Shown: positions 31,258-39,198 of the stretch, in pieces | Layout of the letters: the number at the start of each line of letters is the position of its first letter | How positions within the stretch are numbered: position 1 is the stretch's first letter | Assembly (NCBI GenBank): GCA_900088475.1 | Contig: FLMG01002478.1 | Coordinates: 1-39,198, forward strand | Direction of reading: 5' to 3' | Source: Hyphochytrium catenoides | Lineage: Eukaryota > Protista > Hyphochytriomycota | Length of the DNA: 39,198 bases | Program-made: the position numbers and the translations under genes | Notes under the pieces: model-generated | Told to the model about the DNA's origin: nothing | Seen by the model: the letters and a program-made list of their open reading frames with translations, nothing else | The model's database searches: none

Positions 31258-33834
31258 ATGTCATCTGAGAAAGCGACTGAGGAGCTCGTACGTTGAGTCC
31301 GCTCTGCTGTTATTGTTCTTCTCTTTGTCTGATACAGTGTTACTTTCGTAGGGTGAGCTCCGAGATCAGTCTCTGGAAGGGAAGTCCTCGGGAAGCGCTA
31401 CGCGGAAGGCACCTCAGTACCGATTTATCTGTCAGTCTACTGACGTTCAATCAACTGCTTGCACGGCACGCTAACAGGTTGTTCTGTCCGTCAGGCTCTA
31501 TCAAAGAAGACCATGGGAAGGCAGTATATTGTGTCTCATTCTGCAATGTGGGTCCCACATATGAGAACTACTTTGCTGCAGTTGGTGGAAACAGGGTAAG
31601 AAGAAGGAGAGGCATCCCAATCAATCTGCCAGGTTTTGTTCTCTCGTAGGCTGATCTTATGGCTCTAGGTTACTATTTATGAATGCATACCGGATGGTAA
31701 TGTCTCTGTCGTTCAAGTCTTTGAAGATGAAGATGTGAGTGTTCCCTAATTCAGGCTAGGGAAGCAGCCGCCGCAGGGCAGTCCTCGCTCTTTGTCCAAC
31801 CAATCACACCTGCCAGTGCGAATATATGTCTTCTCCTCATCAACAAAGTTTCTCCCTCTCCATCTCTCTCTCTGCCCGTCTGTCACTCACTCACTCTCTC
31901 TCGCTCTCTCCCTTTTCTGTCCTTAATTTGATCGCAGTCTTCCCTCCTACGCTCTTCTATAAACTAGTTGGCGATAGTCCCGCTTCTTCATCAATTGAGT
32001 CTCTACCTCCCGGTTAACTCTTCTAAATGCGGCGCCTTCTTGAACCTCAGGTGGAAGAGAGCTACTTTGCCTGTACGTGGGCCTTTGATGAGATGAGCGA
32101 GACACCACTTCTTACCATTGGAGGCTTACGGGGAATCATAAAGCTTATTGACTGCACAACGCAGTCAGTTGTCATGGTGTGAATAAATCGTTAGGTCTAT
32201 GCGTGTCGTGTCTCGTAGGAAATCATCTCCAATAGACACCAGACGCCTCTCTTAGCTTACATTATGGCCTTTCCCTCCGTCTTCTCCTTCATATTATGCT
32301 ATCCCTGCTTACCCATGCGCTATGTTCACTCCTCAGCGTACTCAGCTAGTGTTGCTTCCTCATATGTCGTTTAGCTTTATCTTTGAATGATCTCCACTCA
32401 TTCTCTTTGTGCAGACCCTGATAGGCCATGGCAATGCTATCAACGACCTGACCTACCATCCAGTGGACCCATCACTCCTTTTCTCAGCGAGTAAAGACGA
32501 ATCGCTTCGGCTGTGGAACACGCTGACGGGCTGCTGCATTGCTATCTTTGCTGGTCATCAGGGCCATAGGGATGAAGTGCTTAGCTGTGTATGTACGGAC
32601 GCACACTCCAGGAGAGAGCATATCGACTGATGTGATCTCTCTCCGTGCTCTTCCAGGATGTACACATATTAGGGAAATCTCTTCTGTCTTCTGGTATGGA
32701 TAACACTATCAAGATTTGGTCACTGCAGGAGGAGAAGACGCAAAGGGCCATGAAGGCATCCTATACAGATCCTAGACCAGCGGACCGGCCGTTTGAGACG
32801 CAGTTCATACAGTTTCCTGTGTTTAGCACCTCCAAGGTGAACTCGATTTGTCAGCTTTAAAGTCCACAGCTACGGGCAGGAATAGATTTCCAGATCCACG
32901 TCCGTACCCATGCCACTCTGTCGCTTTAACGGTTTTGGAACAGGTTCACGCTGACTATGTTGACTGTGTTCGCTGGGTCGGGAACCTTATCCTATCTAAG
33001 TCCACTGAAGACAAGATACGGCTTTGGAAGCCGAACATGAGCCGCGGAAGGGTACGAAGCTCAGCGCTTGCCTTCACTTCTATTGTCAATCCATTGTCGT
33101 CGAGTCTGATGTTATTCTCTCCGTATCTCCCGGCTTGCCTAGGACGCCTTCCATTCTGACTCCCTGAGCACCTTTGAGCCACCCTTGTTACTGCTCTATT
33201 CTTGACGTTAACTCATCAAGATACGCTTGTAATACTTGCAGGATGGCGTCACCCTAGTAAGAGAGTACACTCTCCCGCATGCAGACATCTGGTTTATGAA
33301 GTTTACCTTGGATTCAGAACTCGAGCTATTGGCAGCAGGTAAGAAGAACTAATTGTGTGATCCGGAAAGAGCTATCGGGAGAAAGAGAAATCTTCAGTGG
33401 GACTGTGAGATATCTTCAGTGGGACTGTTTAACAGTTGACGGTTGACCCATTGAGGGGCGTGACCCACTGGAAGAAAAACATGGCTGTCTTGCTTAGTTC
33501 TTTGAATCCGCAGGAAACAAAGTAGGGAAGCTCTGCATCTGGCGCGTGGATGACAACAAAGGCTCAGAATGCACTAAACTTGCGCATCCGAACTGCAAGA
33601 CACCCATCCGAAAGGTTGCATATAGTGAGAGCGGCAAGTAAGTTACCACTTATTCGACATCCTCCTTCTGAAAATATGTACAAGTTGCTGTCTTAAGCTT
33701 GTTATCGACGCCTTGTTCTTCTCTAAAATCCTCTAATAAGAATGAGGCGAAAGTCTAATCGGGTGCTCTACACTGCTAGGACACTCCTTTGCTGTTGCGA
33801 TGACTCCACAATATGGAGATGGGATCGCCTGTGA
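31258..33834 (+). CDS. EED: Polycomb repressive complex 2 WD40 subunit EED/ESC/FIE
   Basis: About 11 GT-AG exons give [138 protein letters not shown]. Confidence 0.93.
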
Positions 33835-34078
33835 AGGCCGCGGCACAACTGAAATTTAGCACTCGGCCTATCGCCCCAGATCTCATCCTTACGTAATTGA
33901 GAGAACCATATCGCTCCGTCTCTCGCTTGGTCGTTACTCTTCCTACTAAAATATGCTAACCTCTTGCCTGATGAGCCTCCCTCCTCCATATGCCAAAAGT
34001 CACTTGTGTTGGGCTAGCTGTTGGACTCCCCTGCCTACCACGAGTAGATAGAACCACTCTTCGGTCACCTATGTGTGC

Positions 34079-34206
34079 GCCCTTGGGGCCTTCTGCGCAT
34101 ACAAGAGCTCGGAAAGGGCTGCCCATGTCTGTCTGTGAGCTCGCCCTCTGGGCCTCTGCGCATACAAGAGCTCGGAAAGGGCTGCCCCGTGTCTGTCTCT
34201 GAGCTC
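34079..34206. repeat. Two-copy ~63 bp tandem duplication
   Basis: TCTGCGCATACAAGAGCTCGGAAAGGGCTGCCC(A/CG)TGTCTGTCT(G/C)TGAGCTC occurs twice head-to-tail. Confidence 0.9.
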
Positions 34207-34937
34207 TTGGTCGTCTCCGCCGGGACTTCAACAGCCGTGAGCAAGCAGCTTCAACTGCTGCCATTCTGAAGATTTTTGAAATGAAGATTTGAGTTGGCGC
34301 CTTCACGCCTTAGCGCCAAACTGTTCTTTGAAAGATTATACCAGTCAAATTAGGAATTCTAGCGATGGGGGGCGCGAGGTCAATATCCATAGGTTTTGCC
34401 TATTTTCGGGGGAGTGCTATGGATGGGGGGTTCATTTCCAACATGTACATTCTGCGAATACCAAGACCGGAAAAAGGGGTCTCTAACCGTAATGTTGATG
34501 GACGAAAAGCCTCAAAAGGGCGAATTCAATAGAAAATTGTAAGGGGACTTATTAGTAATGAATATTGAGTATGTCCCGGATTATCACGGTTATTCATTCA
34601 GATCGGGAACGTGCCGATATTGGAAAAGAAACGATGGAGACGCCTGCACTCGCGGCGCTGGTGCTGAGATTGAAGACTCAGATTGCCGATGAGAAGACAA
34701 TTTGGGCTTTCTCAGAGAGTATTAGGAATCAGAGTACTAGCTGGGAAGATCAAGGGTGAAGTCAAGGTTAGGAGCTGCTCCCAAGGGTAGATTTATTACT
34801 AGAGGCACTGGTAGCGGCATTGCCAAAGAGGAGACTCCTTCGCATTGGCTCTTTCGCCAAACTTTCTACGCTTGAGAAGAACAGACCTAGAAAGAATCGT
34901 AGTGTTGAATCTTGATATCTGCCCGTAGAACAACAGA

Positions 34938-35489
34938 ATGCCCTCACAAGGGAATAAAGAAGACAGGGTTGAGGCCCTCGCAGTCGATGAGCCGAACTAT
35001 GAAGAGAAAGAGAAGGCCAAGAAGGGCAGAACACACTTCACTGCAGAGTACGATATCCGCCTTCTTCAAGCAGGTAAATAACGGGGACTATCCTCCGTCT
35101 CGCTCTCTCTCTCTCTCGATTTATCGTTCTCACGGGCTACGTTGCTTTGAAATGCAGTTCTGGAGGAGTGTCCATACGAGAAGACCTATGGCAGTATCTA
35201 TCCGGCCTGGCAGAAAATAGCAGAGACGCTTACTGAGGCTGGCTTCGATGTGGACGCACGACGGTGTCGAGACCGGTCAAAGGCGCTATTAGATGCGTTC
35301 AATAAGGACAGTCTTGCCAGTCAGAGGCAGTCAGGCAGCACGCAGGAAATGATGGAGAAACAGAGACTCCTGCAGCAGATTGTAGACCGAGTTGATGTAT
35401 CAAAGCATGTGGTAAGCCTCGTTCTAAGTCCATCTCTCTCTCTCTCTCTGTGTGTTCGTTCCTCGCTACCCTCTTCTCTTTCTTCTCTC

Positions 35490-35540
<51 letters not shown>

Positions 35541-36427
35541 GTTCCCCCTCTCTGGTAGGTCCGACCCCTTGCATCAAAGTTATATAATCTTCGGCCGTGC
35601 TGTGTTGGTTGCACTGTGTGACCACATCATCCCATCTTTCCTTTCCTTGTGGTTGAAGCCATAGCTCACTCTTACTCCTAATCTTCTTTCATACAAAACA
35701 GGAAGACTCTTCGGGAACAGACGGTAAGCCTCAATGAACTTCGCTTTCGATGGGAGACACAGCTCATGCTGTGCTCCACTCTCTCTCTCTCTTCCTCTCT
35801 CTCTTCTTTGTGATAGGAGGTAGCGTCTTTGGAAGGCTAAGAAATAAGCGATTACTGGGACGGTGAGTTTTCGGTATCTATTCCTGTTCTTTCTCTTCCT
35901 CTCAAGCCTAGAGCTTCTTGCTTCTGCTGTCTCTTTCCCTATTGATACCATGAATCTTTCTTAGGGCATCTCTCTCTCTGTGTGTGTGGGTGTCTCCTGC
36001 TCTCTGTTATCCTTCAAGGCTTCCTTTCGTCCTTCCTCTTTAGCCACTTCCTTTTGCCATAATGAAGGGGCTGATTGTCCTCTTCAGGTTATCAGAAAGT
36101 AGTTCATCGCGGAATCAAAGAGAGAGAGAAGCAGGCAGTCAAGGGGAAGAGATCGACATTCTACGAAAGAAAGCGAGGATAGACGAGGCAAGATGGGAAC
36201 AGGAGCTGAAAGAGAGAGAAGAACGATGGAGTTTTGAGAAACAGGAGAGAGAGCAGCGGCTCCGTCTCGAGGAGCAGAAGCTCAAGATGGAACAAGAGAA
36301 ATTTGAGCTCGACAAGGCAGAACGAGAGAGGAGACTGAAGTTAGAAGAAGAGAGATTGGAGGTGGAGAGAGAAGAGCGGCTAGCACTTATCAAGCTCTTG
36401 TTAGAGAAGCACGGTGTCACTGTGTGA
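34938..36427 (+). CDS. Myb/SANT-like (trihelix/MADF-type) DNA-binding protein with C-terminal charged coiled coil
   Basis: Exons 34938-35073, 35158-35411, 35702-35723 (22-nt microexon), 35817-35862 and 36088-36427 are in phase. They give RTHFTAEYDIRLLQAVLEECPYEKTYGSIYPAWQKIAETLTEAGFDVDARRCRDRSKALLDAF...RQSGSTQEMMEKQRLLQQI, then an E/R-rich helix (RWEQELKEREERW...). Confidence 0.8.
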
Positions 36428-36954
36428 GCCTGGAAAGAGTCGAGCTAGGATAAGAGACACCTGACTAGGGTGGCTGAGAAGACCGCGTCTCTTCCTTGTG
36501 TCTCTATGTACAAAGACTTATTTACACCTGATAATGACCGACGTAAAGTGTTCACACAAGCCACGCTTTCCTTCGGTCCCGCTGTCATACACACACGCTC
36601 TCTCTTCCCTGTGTACCCTTTCTCTCTTTGCTCACCAGCGTCCTCCTTTCATGGCGGTAGAAGGCAAATAGCTTGGCTCCAGAGAGCATGAGTTGCTTTC
36701 GATAAGCTAGCTTTCACCTGTTCCAAGCATTAGTCTCTTCTTCCGGGAAGCAAGAAAATCAGCTGTGCGTCCGTCCAAGTGATCCCTACTCCTCCGTCGA
36801 TAGGAATACTTTGGAAGTTGGATCTGTTAGCGTCTGGCCGATGAGGCGTCACCTCTCCTTCGCCTACTGGTCTACCATAATTTCTCTGTCTCTCTCTCTC
36901 TGTCTCTCCTTCTCTCTCGCATTCCGTCTGTACCATAGATGATAAGCGCCGTGT

Positions 36955-38141
36955 TTAGTGATGTTGATCCTCCTCTCGATGGAGCAGACGGCCACCGAAA
37001 GAAGAGCGAGAGGAGACTTCCAAGAAATGTTCAGCCCTATCTCTCTTCTGTCTTTCTCTTACTTCTTCCTGCCTCTCTGTCTCCTCTCCCCTGTCTTTAG
37101 AGACCGCAGAGGGAGGAATCGTCACATAGGAGACTTCTTCTCTCTCTGCATCCTCTTCGAACCTCCTCGATAGGTTCAGCCGACTTCTGGCAGACCGGGG
37201 AATAGAGAGAGGATCTGGAAAGCGAGACGGTGACGCAAAGCGGGCGGGAGAGGAGAGAAGCGGAGATACAGGGGATCTGGAAGAGAGAGGGAGAGAGACA
37301 GAGGGATGCTTGGCTGGACTGGGCGTCCTTTGGTCCGTTGCTTGTCTCTCTGGCGTGTCGTCTGGTCCTTTGGAGCGCTTAAAGGGCGACTCTGCTTGAG
37401 GAGAAGAGAGGAGAGACGAGCGCTGCAAATGGGACCGAAGCGGGGCTGTAGGAGCCCAAAGAGAGAAAAAATGAAAGAGACGAAGATTTGTTAGAGCCAG
37501 AAGCAACAGCGTGAGTAGAGAGACGGGAGAAATGATCCTGATCTCCAGAAGAAGGGTCCAGTGAACTGCGGAGCAAGGGTGGGAGAACAGGGAACACAGA
37601 TTGGGACAACGACAAAGAAGACAGAGAAAGGGCAAAAAGAGAGAAAGAAAGACGGAGAGAGAGAGAGCGAATGAGAGAGAGTGAGCGAAGGAGTGAGAGA
37701 AGGAGTGCGAGGGAAGGAGTGAGAGAGAGAAAGAGAGAGAGAGAGAGAGGGAGAGAGAGAGAGAGAAAGAAGGACAGAGAGAGAGAGGGACGGAGAAAGA
37801 TATAACCGAGACAGAGAGGCAGAGGGAGAGTTCCTGCTAATATTCGAGCTCTTACATGCAAATCTCTCCCTTAGAGAAGGAGAAGAGGGAGGAGGCCGCT
37901 TCAAAGGGGAGCGGAAGTGGTCCGAGATCTTCACAGGCGGAGAATAGACTATTGAGGGAGACTTCTGAGGGGAGTCTCTCTCTTCTCTGTCTCTCCCTGG
38001 CGGCTGGGGAGATGGAAATGTGTTCTCCTTTGGCGTCTCTCCTTCTCTCTGATCTGCATCTGCTTCGTCCAGCATATCCACTGGGTCCAGAAGCCCTTCT
38101 TGGCTAGGTCGTCGAGAGCGGCGGTGCCGTGATACGTTCAT
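36955..38141 (-). CDS. Ser/Pro-rich disordered protein with many CDK consensus sites (241 aa from ATG 38141; 5' end uncertain)
   Basis: Exon 38141-37856 (T|GTAAG donor) and exon 37394-36955 join in phase 1. There are 15 S/T-P sites, of which 7 are full S/T-P-x-K/R. Confidence 0.6.
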
Positions 38142-38468
38142 TTCTAGTCTTTCAGCGTCGTCTTTCCGATGCTTCTCTCGGTCTCTCTCTTTTCTCTCTT
38201 TCTCTCTCTTTCTTGTTTGCTCGTGTGGCCGCCTCGCGCAGTTTGTCTCATCCAGGTCACAGCGTGTCTTTCACTGACTATCTGAGAGTTTTGCTGCGTC
38301 AGTTCTCTCTTCTCTTTCTCTTCGCAATATCACCAGTCTTGCCCACATCTTCTACATTGCCGTTTCTCTACGGCAGCGTTAGATCTATTGAGTGCGGTGC
38401 TCGTACGAGTAGGACTAAGATTACCAAAGTGTCAAGAGAGAGAGAGAGAAAGCGAGAGAGCGAGAGAG

Positions 38469-38527
38469 NNNNNNNNNNNNNNNNNNNNNNNNNNNNNNNN
38501 NNNNNNNNNNNNNNNNNNNNNNNNNNN
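38469..38527. other. Assembly gap (N run)
   Basis: Run of N bases within an AG repeat. Confidence 1.
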
Positions 38528-38580
38528 AGAGAGACGAAGGAGGGAAAGACCATTATGCTCTCCCCTAGTCCTACCTAAGG

Positions 38581-38611
38581 TTTCCCGCCAAATACCTGCA
38601 TTTGGCGGGAA
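38581..38611. promoter_or_regulatory. Inverted pair of E2F-type sites (12-bp perfect inverted repeat)
   Basis: TTCCCGCCAAAT-ACCTGC-ATTTGGCGGGAA; TTTCCCGCCAAA matches the E2F consensus TTTSSCGC. Confidence 0.5.
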
Positions 38612-38714
38612 CGGAGACCTAGCGGTTAGCGGCTCCTCTTCCCCTTTGTCAAAGATTTTATTCTCTCAAGATCTTGAAAAGGGACTGCGAGATAGTTCTC
38701 GTACCTTCAGAAGG

Positions 38715-39030
38715 AGAGAGACAGATAGAGAGACAGAGAGGGAGAGACACAGAGAGAGACACAGAGAGAGAGAGACACAGAGAGAGAGACACAGAGAGAG
38801 AGACACAGAGAAAGAGAAACACAGAGAGAGTGAAACACAGAGAGAGAGAAACACAGAGAGAGAGACACAGAGGGAAAGACATAGAGAGAGAGACGCAGAG
38901 GAGAGACACAGACAGAGAAACACAGAGAGAGAAACGGAGGGAGAAAGAGCAGTTGAGCGCGCGTGCGAGAGAAAGCAGAGACAAAGAGAAAGACAGAGCA
39001 AAGCAGAGCGACAGAGAGAGACAGAGAGAG
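38715..39030. repeat. Compound (AG)n/(GAGAGACACA)-type microsatellite
   Basis: Repeated agagagagacac units over about 300 bp. Confidence 0.9.
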
Positions 39031-39198
39031 AAGATTGTGAAGTACACGAGAGAGAGAGGCGGCGGAAGATAGACACTTATTGGGGGTGAGGGGGGCTTGC
39101 GGGGGGAAAGGGACTAGAGAGAAAGATGTAGGACATAGGGCAAAGAGAGAGAGAGAGAGGCAGGGGAAGAGTGAGACACAGGAAGAGAGAGAGAGAGA

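Noticed and set aside
33390-33428. ATCTTCAGTGGGACTGT repeated twice in an EED intron
   Set aside because: A simple 22-bp-period slippage duplication with no sign of function.
34079-34206. Direct repeats considered as a CRISPR-like array
   Set aside because: Only two adjacent copies, no unique spacers, eukaryotic context.
34510-34535. GGGCGAATTCAAT as a possible Harbinger terminal inverted repeat near the Myb/SANT gene
   Set aside because: No matching inverted copy or TAA/TTA target duplication was found in the window.

Overview
Eukaryotic, intron-rich genomic DNA (short GT-AG introns, many (CT/AG)n tracts, three N gaps). The gene content suggests a protist, plausibly a stramenopile or other SAR lineage; this is inference only. 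Splicing the sequence by hand gives these genes: a GGQ ribosome-rescue factor of the C12orf65/MTRFR type (+); a large ankyrin-repeat/class II HDAC/chromodomain fusion (-); an intronless septin with a C-terminal transmembrane segment (+); a PH-FYVE-IQ-PPP-multi-EF-hand PPEF/RdgC-type phosphatase (-); a paraoxonase/arylesterase (+); complex I subunit NDUFB10 (-, absent from the ORF track); an acidic hypothetical protein (+); a SAM methyltransferase-like protein (-); PRC2 subunit EED/ESC (+); a Myb/SANT-like coiled-coil protein (+); and a Ser/Pro-rich CDK-site protein (-) preceded by an inverted pair of E2F-type sites. The ~17.7-25.3 kb interval is an island without long AG microsatellites. It carries an orphan ORF ending in a chlorovirus-like 'basic adaptor' motif and a decayed Ty1/copia element rearranged into two inverted duplications. 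The strongest candidate for novelty is the ANK-HDAC-chromodomain reader/eraser fusion. No database searches were run.
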